The notes beneath the pieces were generated by a model, which saw only the letters and a program-made list of their open reading frames with translations, did no database searches and was not told the DNA's origin. DNA of 64,000 nt from contig OZ316891.1 of NCBI GenBank assembly GCA_973895155.1, positions 21,154,169 through 21,218,168 on the forward strand, given 5' to 3'. Positions 25,125-36,830 of this stretch are shown one piece after another (positions within the stretch are counted from its first letter, which is position 1; each line of letters opens with the position of its first letter). Position numbers and translations under genes: made by a program. This DNA comes from Marsupella aquatica (Eukaryota; Plantae; Marchantiophyta).

Positions 25125-26407
25125 ACGAACAGATGCCCTGCACTGTGATTTTCACCTCCTCCAATGTGGATACTGCCAGTTCATCAATGAATGTGGGATG
25201 GATGACACTCTTGGATGAGTAGTGTAATTTTAAAGGCTTTTTAACCCTTGCGACAATGCCACCTCGTGTGAAGGAGAAATGCTAAGAGTATTCCTTATTT
25301 AATTTCTGTCCTAGATTTATGGCAAGGTGGGAAATTGGCCTTTTGACTGTCCTAGATTTAAGGACGATGGTCAGATTTTGACTAATGGGGTCTATGGCTA
25401 GGTGGGAAATTGGCTCCTGATAGACATACAAGCTACCAAAAACATTTTGCCAAAAGTGGCAAACACTTTTTAGGAGGGTGCAACTTAGCAATTTTTGCCA
25501 CCAAGGAAAAAACTGGTGTGACCCCCTCTCTCTATACGGTGGATACCAAAATTTTGCCAAAAGTGGCAAAGACTTTTTAGAGGGGTGCAATTTGGCGAAT
25601 TTACACCACCAAAAAAAAACTTGTGCAACCCCTCTCTCTATGTGGCGGCGACCAAAGTTTTGCAAAAACTGGCAAAGACTATTTAGTGGGGTGCAATCTA
25701 GCAAAATTTTGCTACCAACAAAAACTGTGACCCCCTCTCTATATATGGCTACTCCCTAAACATTCCGCTACCTAGCCCAATACCATCCAGGACATGGCAA
25801 GATGGGTGGGGATGTTCTAACTATACTAGGGCGTCTCAAATCTGAAGCGCCACAGAAAGATCCACATGCACAGCCCAAAAGTGTGAACTACAGACATTGA
25901 TCACAATTGGTAGCCAAGGACAAGCTTTTGCGAGTCCTTTTAGTTTGCGAAAACATGTGTGACCTTAACCGGAGCCAAAACAAAGAGACTTGAGACCTAT
26001 TATGATTCAAAAGAACTTCTGTCCCCGCATCCCTCCACAATCCACTACTAGGGAGTCTGAAATACTGACAAATTCACGCGTGACTACGCTTGGGAGTGTT
26101 GCGGGCCCAGGCAGCAGGAAGGACTGGTCGGGTGCCGAATGTGAGGCCTGACCAGTCATGCTCAGGAGTTGTCACCGAAACGGAGGGCCCGACTGCTACG
26201 AGGAAGAGGACCCAATTTTAGAGTAGTCATTGACTCAGGTTACCATTCACACACACTGCCGCAACCCTTCTCAAATCTGACTGCCCGAAAAGATCATGGC
26301 CCAGCTGTACCCTGTTTCTGTGCGCACAACATCTTGGGCTGCCAGTGAGGAGTGGCTTTTTTATTCTTCAATATTTGAGACTCCCTACTACACACCCTAC
26401 TAGAGTA

Positions 26408-26529
26408 CGTAATTCCTATCAGGAAGAAAGGTTACCAGTGTATAACCTTTTCTACTAGGTGCTACCATTTCCATAACCCTGTGCTCAGAAAGCCTTACCC
26501 GGTAATATTTTTTCCGGACAAGTATTACG
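26408..26529. mobile_element. Stowaway-like MITE copy
   Basis: TA|CGTAATTCCTATCAGGAAG...TTCCGGACAAGTATTACG|TA. Aligns end to end with 62021-62141. Confidence 0.75.
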
Positions 26530-26660
26530 TATAATGATGACTATTTGGTCTAGTCTGAAACCTGTTCCCACAAAGCTTGGAAAAACTTCCGTGCAACTAC
26601 TCACTTTTTGGTCACAGGTTAGAGACTAGTAACCCCATACCAAACAGTCATTAGAGCATT

Positions 26661-26892
26661 CTGGGATTTACTAGAGTGCCACTCTTTTGTGGCCTAATTA
26701 CTACCTTGCCACCATTTTTTTTTTCTATTTATCAGAATGCCACTCTTTTCCGTAGCCGATGTAACCTGAATGGTTAACTCGAGTAACTTTTCTTAACCCG
26801 TGACAGAAAAGAGTGGCATTCGGATAAATAGAAGAGAAAAGGTGACAAGGTAATACTTAGGCCACAAAAGAGTGGCATTCTGTAAATCCCAG
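26661..26892. mobile_element. Mutator-like foldback MITE, uninterrupted copy
   Basis: About 85-bp TIRs, CTGGGATTTACTAGAGTGCCACTCTTTTGTGGCC...GGCCACAAAAGAGTGGCATTCTGTAAATCCCAG. Flanks are TTAGAGCATT / TTGCGGCATT. Confidence 0.78.
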
Positions 26893-28770
26893 TTGCGGCA
26901 TTTACTCACCTTTTGGTCAGAGAGTCTAGAGACAAGTAACCCCATACAAAATAGTCATTACCCTATACGTAGTGGACAGTCCAGCCTTTCATCTACTGTG
27001 TCTTCCTCACTTCGAGCTGGAATGATGGCACTGTTGTTCGATAGGCTGTGACATGGAAATCCCTGTCTATTTTCACTCACCTCCATCGCCCGGACTGCTA
27101 CGGCACTGTAGTGACAGTGCTATTATTTTCCTCGCCAACGTTGGATAGTTGTGGCGAAATGATGAAAATTCCTTTCGGGCTTGGGCACACGCACTACGCA
27201 TGATTAGTTTCCTCGACTGGAGGATTTCGCTGGATCGATGTCGCGCCAAGACAAGAGAAACGGTACGATTGTGGCTGTTCGATTGACAGAATGATGTTCC
27301 TGGTTCAGCAGCAGCTTCACTGTGTCGCTCTCTCTCTTTCTGGGGCAAAAATTGTCACGGAGTTGACGGGATGAAGACCGACCGGAGTCGTTGTGGTTGT
27401 GAACTCCCCGAATTCTAAAGTACGGCATTGATCGAACGTTCAGCAGCGTCAGTGAACCTCCTTGTCTCCTGAGGCACAGAATGGGACGACAGGTAGTCAT
27501 TACCCTAATAATTGAGAATTCTGCTCTCTCTCTCTCTCTCTCAAGTCATGGAGTACATTGATAATCGGTGATTGTTCTACTCGTGGAATTTAGGGCAGGT
27601 CTAACTCAGTATGGAGCGGTCAGAAGAGGGGAGGATGTTGTTCTTCGTGGTATCCTGCCAGTTTAAAGAACCAGCATAGCTACTCTAATTTTAATTCGAA
27701 TTAACGCTGACGCTGACTTGGAGGACTCCTCTGCTTTTTTGCAGACGCTTTCTTTGTTCTCTCAACCCGACCAGAAACGCAGCCGAGCTCCGACTGATGT
27801 GTATGTATGAGCGGGAAGTATTTCAACATCTGTATGCCTCATCCGTCTGCTGGGAAGAATCCAGATAAATTATAGCAATCGCTCTCGTCCGTTGGGAAGT
27901 GGCCCCATCTCACCTCTGACGGTGAAATCTAAAGCAATCTATTTGCTTTCGATTGCCCGCTGAGGCTCGTCCACCAATTGATGTAAACGCGACGGGACTT
28001 TTAAAGGATATAGGTACTTGTATAAGTTCCTGCAATCAGAATGATCATCGCCACTGAACTAAGGGTTTTCTGTCGCTAAGAAGGGTTTGAGTAACGCACA
28101 GTTCAGAGATCTCTTTCGCACTCCCTCACTGTAGCCTTTCAGGTGGTCTATGCTCCAGCGCTGATCTTGCTATGCTCTCCAGACTCCCGCAAAGCAGCTT
28201 TGTAGGGAAACGATTAGTGATCCATGGGGAGGCGAAATTAGTATTGACGACAGCTTCCACACATAAATTGGCATTCCCGCGCAGGTGATGGAGTGATTTC
28301 TTGTGGAGATTGAAATATTTTCAAGATTGAACCCTGCACTTATAGACGTCGACTAGCTTGCCTTGGAAGTCAGAAAGAGCTTCTCGTTCGGTAGTGCCGA
28401 TATTTGCAGGTCCAGTGAAACCCAAAGCGAGACCCTGCAACCGAAACGACACCCTGCACACTGCATAACCCATGCTGTGAAACCGACAAAAAAGGGCACG
28501 AGTTGCCTAGACCGCTGGCCACATTGCACCTGATAAGAACCTGTCTCTTAAGGGCCGCATTTCCGAGGACCCAACATGCGAGTTGGACCTAAACCTGGAC
28601 AAAAGGGTTTTCTGTCGTTAAGAAGCGTTTGAGTAGAGGACCTCCCCATAAGAGGACCGAGGGGTGGGGGAAGTGGAAGGTATACATTTGTTTGAGGAGG
28701 GACCTGATTGCAGCAGGCACGTTAGACAAGTTTATCAGGTGACTTGAAGGAGGAAGCACGGGCGGGGGAA

Positions 28771-29718
28771 ATGCCCCATCCGTCGGTGGTCCTGGCGACA
28801 GCCGGATACGACCATACAATCCGCTTCTGGGAAGCAACGAGTGGGAGGTGCTACCGCACTCTTCAGTACACGGACTCGCAGGTCAACAGGCTCGAAATCA
28901 CTCCAGATAAGCAGTACTTGGCAGCTGCAGGTAACCCTCATATCCGTCTCTTCGAGATCAATTCTAGCCAGCCAGTACCTGTGACGAGCTACGATTCCCA
29001 CACCAACAATGTCACAGCGGTGGGCTTCCAGTGTGATGGAAAATGGATGTATTCAGGTTCGGAAGATGGGACTGTGAAGATATGGGACCTGAGAGCTCCC
29101 GGATGTCAAAGGGAGTACGAGAGCAGAGGAGCAGTCAATACAGTGGTGTTGCATCCTAACCAATTGGAGTTGATTTCGGGTGATCAGAATGGCAACATCC
29201 GTGTGTGGGACCTCACTGCCAATTCATGCAGCTGTGAGCTCGTTCCGGAGGTTGACACACCCATCAGGTCGCTCACAGTCATGTGGGACACTAGTCTGGT
29301 TGTGGCAGCCAACAATCACGGGGTTTGTTACGTGTGGAGGCTGTTGAAGGGAAGTCAGATGATGACCAACTTCGAGCCTCTGCATAAGCTGCAGGCGCAT
29401 AACTCTTACATTCTTAAGTGCCTCCTGTCTCCAGAGTTTTGTGAACCCAAGAGGTACTTGGCCACGTGCTCTTCGGACGGGACTCTCAAGATTTGGAATG
29501 TCGATGGTTTTACGTTGGAGAAGACTTTGAAGGGGCATCAGAAATGGGTCTGGGATTGTGTCTTTTCGGTGGACGGGGCATTTCTGGTGTCTGCAAGTTC
29601 GGACACTACTGCGAGGCTGTGGGAGCTGTCCACCGGGGAGGCAATCAGGGTTTATCAGGGGCATCAGAAAGCCACCGTTTGCTGTGCTCTCCATGACGGC
29701 ACAGAAGCAACTTCGTAG
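28771..29718 (+). CDS. LST8: Target of rapamycin complex subunit LST8 (WD40), 315 aa, intronless
   Basis: [82 protein letters not shown] and [30 protein letters not shown] are characteristic plant LST8 sequence. The true ATG is at 28771; the ORF track starts at an upstream TTG. Confidence 0.98.
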   Translation: MPHPSVVLATAGYDHTIRFWEATSGRCYRTLQYTDSQVNRLEITPDKQYLAAAGNPHIRLFEINSSQPVPVTSYDSHTNNVTAVGFQCDGKWMYSGSEDGTVKIWDLRAPGCQREYESRGAVNTVVLHPNQLELISGDQNGNIRVWDLTANSCSCELVPEVDTPIRSLTVMWDTSLVVAANNHGVCYVWRLLKGSQMMTNFEPLHKLQAHNSYILKCLLSPEFCEPKRYLATCSSDGTLKIWNVDGFTLEKTLKGHQKWVWDCVFSVDGAFLVSASSDTTARLWELSTGEAIRVYQGHQKATVCCALHDGTEATS

Positions 29719-32479
29719 GACGTTGGGAAAGCGTTACCCACTCCATTTGTACACATTATGAAGTCTCTATCCCTCTCCCTCTCACTCGCATGTAAAGAGT
29801 TGTAAAGAGGTACTCCCGTCCAAGTTGGCTACATTTCATTGGAATCCAGGGCGTAGCAGGTGGAGTGACTCTACTGTGCAGCTGTGGGTACTTTGTGGAT
29901 CCTTGTTTGACGAGACTAGAGTAGATAGTGATGGGAGTATCAGGTTGCCAGCAAATCTCACTGAGTTTGTGTGTTCATAGGCGACTCCCTTGGACAGATG
30001 GTCATCTTATGTAAATTTTGGGAAGATAATGATGGCGCGTACGTGATATCTAAACATTGCCAGACTGTCGAATTTCGTTTTCGAGATACTCTTGGAGAAA
30101 TTGATCAACCAGGGTTGAGGAGACATGCAACACTGCCTCCTTTCGATGTGGATTCAAGGAGTCTGAGAGCTCATGTACAATGTATACGTAGATAGCTTTG
30201 AACTAATTGTCCCTACACCATTTGAGAGTACATGGAGGATGACTCGCTTGAAACTGATTTTACCTGTATGTGCTATAGCTGCTCTATCTCCCTTGTGAAC
30301 TCAATCAGCATCCAGCCGGCTTGACGAGACCAAAAGAATGGAGCAGGAAACGGTGTGAAAGGTAGTAGAACTTGAATTATAATAGACATGAACGGATGCA
30401 GGATATTGCACGCTGCGTGATGGCTCCCAGTAAGACGAGAGGACGGGGAGGAGTAGGCCGCTAGAGTATGTCCTGAAGTATTGGTGTCATCCTTCACATG
30501 TTCTATACAGTAATAGAAAGCAAGGGACCGCTAAAAGGTTTTATATTCTCTCCACAAAATTAAAAGGGAGGTGTTGAGCCGGGAATATTGACAGATCCCA
30601 AGAGACTCACGTACTCCAAGGAATTTCCTCTTACAACAGGCAATCGCAGAAATAGGGACCACCCCCGCCAGCACGCCCACCCCCACCCCTTCCAAGGGAG
30701 TGGGTATTCTGCTCTTCCGGAAGGTCTTGCGGAGTCAGTTGAAGCATACTAAAATTCAGTTCGCTAAAAAAACATACCAGCTAGAATCGTTTCAGATACT
30801 CTTTATGTACATCATGGCAGATTACCGTTTTGTTACGGGCTCCAGTATACAGAGAGATTGTTCTGTTTTTACAACCTCTCTGTATCAAGCAATTGTCGAT
30901 CCTGCTATGGGTCATCAAGTTTAAGGAAGATTTGTAGTGCACCTGATGTATGTTCTCGGATTGAGGTTTACTGCTGAAGTCTTGTGCACAAGTTTTCCCT
31001 CCAGATGCCACTGATCTCAGGTGATCTTTTAATTTTTTCAGATCATAGCGTTATCTGCGGATGTTTTGATGTTTCTGCTTGGTTAAAGAACTCACCTCCG
31101 GAACTCCTGATGTGAAGTGCCATAAATGGAGAACGATGAAAACATAGATTAACTTCCAGAGGATGGTGCAGGGAGCAGTGCCACAGCGATTTTTCAAACT
31201 CAGTGCAAGTCGTGGGACCTGAACCTGAAGGTTGGCACACCCAAAATAGATTAAGAAAGGAAGGTGAGGCAACTTTTGAACCTGTGTTCAGCAACACAGA
31301 CATGCTCTGGTAAGTAGTAGCCCTGGATTCCAGGAACCCTCGGTAACGAGGAACTACATTTTGCAAGTGTTCTGGCTTTGTGCTTGACTCAGGCCAGACA
31401 TAGGCTGGGTTGTGAGACTTGGGTGCCAGAATATCGGAAACCCCCACTCGTCATGAGACTCGATCTCTGATATTATCTAGGAATTGTTTTCCACAATCAC
31501 AACTTTATCTGTCTTTTGTTGCCCTTCCATCTTGGTCGTTGTTGTTTGGATGCTCGACGATATTAAGCTCGCGCTTCAATTTCGCGTGCAGCAAGGGTGG
31601 TATGTATGATTTGGCCATTCATGTGGCTGATGGGGTCGTCAAACTATACCACTCCCGACTTGGCGAACTCTAATTTGAACTTTAATTTTATTGACTTATG
31701 CAGAATGCAACTTTACAAAGTTTGGTGGAACTTACACGAGCCAATGAGACGAATTGTTGAACGTTTTGAGCAGCGAAGGAAGGTACTAAAGGTTCCTCCA
31801 AAGTTTGAGGCTTTGAGATAGCAAGGTCTATTTCCTACACTTGATAACCAGAGGTGGAAGTTCTCGAAAATCTATGCTTATGGCCATACAAGTGGCCATC
31901 TTCAATAAACGCCTGAGTGTCCCCTTTCTTTGAACATAAATAGTGGCAAGTACATTGAAGGTGGGGCACCATTTTTAGAGACTCACCTTGCCCAAATCCC
32001 GGTTTTCCACCTGCACCCCAAAAACTTCAGTTAAGTCCCAGAGTCAAGGACTAGAGACTCCACTCTAGAGTATGGGCCCTGGAGAGTAGCTTTTGATTGC
32101 AATCAAATAGATGTGGGTATAGTTAGATGTATGAGCCTGATGCTTGATATCATGCCATTCCTTCCATGGGCGCACTCACTGAGCTTTTCTAGCAGCCAGG
32201 TTTAGAAACGGTGATTTGGAATGGAGATCATAATACATCAGATTTCTGACTGACATGTGAAGGTTCGGTAGGCATAGAGAATAAATCCATTTGCAGGAGA
32301 CTCGAGAAAACGATGATAATTTTTTCTTTATCACAGTTTGCCACCTTTTTTGGTATAATTATGGTTAATATCCCTAGCCTGGGTTGATGCAACTGAGCCA
32401 TATCATGTTGATATTGGAGAACTTTTGGCATGGTTGACTCTTGCAGTTGGTATTTTCTGCCACAAGATGCAATCACACT

Positions 32480-32650
32480 AATAAGAAGTTGTACATATCC
32501 GAACACAATGCAATGGTACCTCAAGTATGGCAACCACACAAATAACAAAGTGTACATATCCAAACACAATGCAGTGGTACCTCAAGTACGGCAACCCACA
32601 CTAATGGCAAAGTGTACACATCCCAACACAATGCAATGATACCTCATCTA
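32480..32650. repeat. ~3 x 61-bp tandem repeat
   Basis: GTACATATCCRAACACAATGCARTGGTACCTCAAGTAYGGCAACC.CAC.AAT..CAAAGT is repeated. Confidence 0.88.
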
Positions 32651-34004
32651 TGGTTAACCTGTTGCACGCAGGTTAAAACGAAAGTAGCAAACTGATCAAT
32701 CAGAAAGTATTAGAGAGTAATTCATGGCTTGAGATTTCTCCTCATAATCTCAGACAGAATTTAATGTATTTCTTGACCACCCTTTTTGGTCAGGAGACAG
32801 TCTAAATGGACCTGTGGACCACTTGTGGTAAAGCACAATTGACCTGTTGTTCTGGCTCTTCTTTGTTGTCCTCTTGTTTTTGTCCCCCGCCATGGCCATT
32901 AGGAAAAATCATATCCTTAGATAGCACCTTTCATTTGTATAAAGGGGTCAATTTTGTTGGCTTCAACAAATGCCTTGACCATGGGAGTCTTGACATCAAA
33001 CATTGTGGTCTATCTGAGCATCCAATTTAAGGAGATAAAAGTCTAGTACAGAGGACCAATCAAAAACACAAAGTACAACAAATAAAGAGGCTCGAAAGGA
33101 CCAACCAAAGTACCAGGAGAAAACAGTCCACAGAGGACAATAAAAACGCAAACTACAACAACTTGGAAAAAGCGTCTCCACACAAATCCAAGGAGGGAAG
33201 ACACTAAGAGAGCATAATGAAAATACAAATAAACAGCTCGGAGAAAAGTTGTCGAGAGAATCCCAAAGAGGGAGTACCCTGTCCATGTTTTGTTTTATTC
33301 CCACCGTCCAATCGAGAGCCAAGAGCGGGAGGCTGGAGCTCCAATGACACAGAAAGAGAGGTCCATTTGCAATCAAATCAATCTTCTCTCCTCGAATCCA
33401 GGAGAGATTCGATAATGGGCGTGAAGAAAGGGAGCAATGAAGGACGGAAGGCAAGACCCGCAAGCAAGGAAGGAAGACATGACGACTGGCTATCACGGTA
33501 GACCCAACAACAGCTTGTACAGTACTTTGCCCCCTCCATCCCTTCTCTGATTCACTTGCTCCCCGAACTTGCTGCGCGAGAGGAAGAGAGGAAGAAGTTC
33601 AATAGTCAGATGAGGGAGAAGAGGAGGGAGAGGAAAAGCAGAGGAAAAGCAGTGAGGCATCCACTACAGCATCTCTCTAGCGCTGGTGTGTCTGTGTCTG
33701 TGTGTTTGTGTTGTGTTTCGTGTGTTCAGGAGAGCAGCAGTCGGCCGACCATTTATCTATCCATTCATTCAAGATGGGTCAACTTCAAAGTAAGTCTCCT
33801 AATTCAACGAATGCTGGCTGGCTGGGCGTTGTGCAGGATTCAGTGGAATGAATGACATGAGTACCAGTAACGTAATTGATTGCTGATTGGTGTGCTTCTT
33901 GTTGTGCCCCTCTTGCTGCAACCTTGCCTCCCTGTGTCTCTCTCGCTTGCGTCTGCTGCCAGAGACGAAGGCTAAGCGTTATATTCAGAATCATGTCTTC
34001 ACTT

Positions 34005-34602
34005 TGATTGAGAGAGGGACAGAGAGCTCCCCTGTGGACTGCTACCTCATCTCATCTGTACATTCCGAAGAATTCAGATTTTCCCTTCTTGGCAAGTCAT
34101 TGCACCCTACTCGATGACTACCCGTTTGTCACTTTCCCTCCCAACCCAATTGATGGCCTAATGAAACCTTATTCAATTGAGTTGAGAGAGAGCATTCCCC
34201 GGTGTGGACAGCTACCTGACCTCGTCTGTGCATTCCGCATTCAGATCTTCTCTTCTTGGCTTGTCGTTGCCACCTTCTCGATGACTACCTTTTGTCACTT
34301 GTCCTCCAGATTGGGGGCTATGATGAAAGTTTTAAAGTTCAATTGAGTTGAGAGAGAGGGACAGAAAGAGAGACCCAGTGGAAAGCTACCTCATCTCATT
34401 TGTACATTCCGAAGAATTGAGATCTTCTCTTCTTGGCTCGTCATTGCCACCTTTTCGAAGACGATGACGACCATTTTGTCACTTCCCCTCCCAATTGGGG
34501 GCTATGAGCTTGTGATTGCCACCTTCTCGATGACTACCATTTTGTCACTTGCCCTCGAGCCCAATTCGGGGCTATGATGAAACTTTAACATTCAATTGAG
34601 TT
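34005..34602. repeat. ~3 x 170-180-bp degenerate tandem repeat upstream of the EF-hand CDS (probably in a 5'UTR intron)
   Basis: The unit TTGAGAGAG..GTGGA..GCTACCT.A.CTC.T.TGT.CATTCCG.A..ATTCAGATCTTCTCTTCTTGGC..GCCACCTTCTCGATGACTACC..TTGTCACTT..TTCAATTGAG starts at about 34008, 34182 and 34348. Confidence 0.85.
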
Positions 34603-35431
34603 CTGACTTTCCCGGTCTGTCCCCGGCGGCCACTTGACACTGAATACAATCGAGTTACGTTCAATTTTCGTCTCGCTCCCTCTCCGGAGAAGGAAAGAAG
34701 ACTTCCTTGTGTCTGCAAGTGAGCTGTAATGTTGTGAGTTCAATTTTATTGTCAAGCAGTGCTTTGGTTCAATCCCTTAACTCTCCAGCCAGGCCAGCCA
34801 GCCTTGCCTTGCTTTGGAAGTTAGTGACATACTCATAATATCTGTCACAAACATTGTTTCACTCATTCGCTACATCCCTCGAGGCAACTGGTCCTGCTCT
34901 TGGGTTGCTTCCTGGTCTACGAAAGCCCCTTCCAATTGTCTGGCGCCTTGCTGTGCTGTTTCCGGAATCGACATTCGATTGGCCAAATGACTCGTACCCG
35001 ATGCCCTGTGTCCCGGTGCACTTCAGAGATCTTGGTGGATGCGACATTATGCCTCTGGATGGCGATTGGGTGGTCACATATGGTACTAAGTAATATTCTC
35101 TGTGAATCAGGCAGGGGTTGTCATCTGATCTAACTGGGTCGAGAAGTGAAATTGTCATCGATGGATTCTTTCAATACCAAGTACTGTAGCGTTCCTTTTG
35201 TGGGGCTTCGCAATGGTCTTGGGCGAGACAAGAAATAAAACCTTTAGTAGAGGAGAGACAGGAGAAGCCAGACCATGGGCCGGGTAGATCCAGCACCTTG
35301 CAGTCCATGCTCTCTGGCAAATTATTCCCGCCATTTAGGTTCAACAGCTAGACAGATCCTGTGCTGTGTCAACAAGTTTGAGGATTTTTGAAAGTGTAGA
35401 GAGGAGAAGCTTGTTTTGGAGTCGATCCACA

Positions 35432-36830
35432 ATGGGTACCTTGTCCTCGATGGGAATCCAAGCCCTGCTAAGAAACGAAGGTGGGACACAACCATGCGTC
35501 AGTCGTCTTGACCAGCTGGTCGGTTGGTAATGTAAGCGTCCATGGTGTTTAACTTCTTTTTCAAACCAAATTCAGGGCCGATTGGTGGGGTTCTATCTAT
35601 GGTTTGGCTTCAGTCTGTCGTTCCTTGTAGGCCTCGTTTATTCCTCGTTCATGATCTCAAACGTGTGACTGTCTGTCTACCAGTGGTTTGCATCTTCTTC
35701 GTACGATGAGCCCTAAAACACTCGCTATCAATTGGGCTATTGTCTTTCCTGCACTCTTTGGGTTGGGTGTAGTCGCTGTTTTCCTCCGCTGCTTTGAAAT
35801 CCGAAGAAAATCGCTGGCATTTGGAGAGTCGCCATTGGCAGATTGTAGAAGTTGAAAATTTGACTTATTGACTTGACTAAGCAGTTTGGCACTGCTGTGA
35901 TGTGAGCAGCGAAAGAACAGAAGCACGCCCACGTCAAGAAGATCATTGACAAAGTGTTTAGCAATTTCACCGCCGGAAGTGGGGAAGACAAGCTCAGTTT
36001 TTCGGAGCTTTACACTGCTATCCTCCTCGTCTACAAGTGAGTGCGGAAAGTCTTTCAGAGATTTTTCCCAAAGTGTTTTGTCACTGCAAATGACTTTGTG
36101 AGAACTTGAGAGAACTGGAAAACAAGGTTAGAAACAGTACATGCTTCATGAAGGTAGTTCGCACCCTGATGAACTCTGTTTTCAACCATGTCAGTGACAT
36201 CAACAAATCGATACCAGGCCGACATCGTGATCCGCCATCCAGGGGACAGGTGCGAGCGCTTCTAGAGGTAATCAAGCCTGCCCTTTCCCTTCTATTGATT
36301 CGAAAAGTTTCTCCAAGGTAGAGCCCACTAACCGAAGCCAGATCTTCTTCAGGAGACTCCAATGTAGTTTGATATAATTGTATTTACAAGCAAATGCGAA
36401 ATCTGAACTTACTCAGTACAGTAGCTATGGACTGGAAGCTGGTTATTGATGCTCAGATAGCATTACCATTACCATGCTTGCTGTTTATTATGGTATAAAA
36501 GTGAAGGTTATTCTTGCGCTCGCTTGAATTGGTTCAATTGACCAATGTTGGTGTTCGAAACAGGAATTTGACACCAACGAAAATGAAATGCTGGATAGAG
36601 AAGAGTTTGCAGACTTTCTGGAACAGTTCACAAAAGATGTTTCTGTTGGAATCACCAAGAGTATACTCATGTCCGCTGCTGCACCGCTTCTGGCAATGTT
36701 GGCAAAGAGGGCCACAGAATCCCTTCCCACAGTTGGCCCAATGGTCCGCCGAATTCCGAACTTTTTCTATGCAACCTTGGTTACCACTGCCGTGACGATT
36801 TTGCACCAGCAGAAAGCGATCGAAGAGTGA
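35432..36830 (+). CDS. Plant-specific EF-hand calcium-binding protein, ~171 aa, 4 exons
   Basis: Exons 35432-35480, 35910-36036, 36195-36267 and 36564-36830 are GT-AG and in frame. Family signatures LSFSELYTAILLVYNDINKSIPGRHRDPPS and APLLAMLAKRATESLPTVG; EF loop DTNENEMLDREE. The MGTLSS start fits a myristoylation pattern. Confidence 0.9.

Larger units (their letters stand above)
25084..27920 (-). repeat. Right arm of the large inverted duplication (partner 14407-17886)
   Basis: Reverse complement of the left arm along its whole length, without the Tourist insertion. Confidence 0.97.

Noticed and set aside
14380-27935. Whole structure as one giant Mutator/Pack-MULE with 2.8-kb TIRs
   Set aside because: There is no TSD at the outer ends (TTTGCCTAAT vs GGTGAAATCT), and the arms are mosaics of unrelated MITEs and promoter-like DNA.
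32996-33500. Possible LINE 3' end or 166-aa ORF
   Set aside because: The composition is biased, with no RT motif, poly(A) tail or TSD visible.
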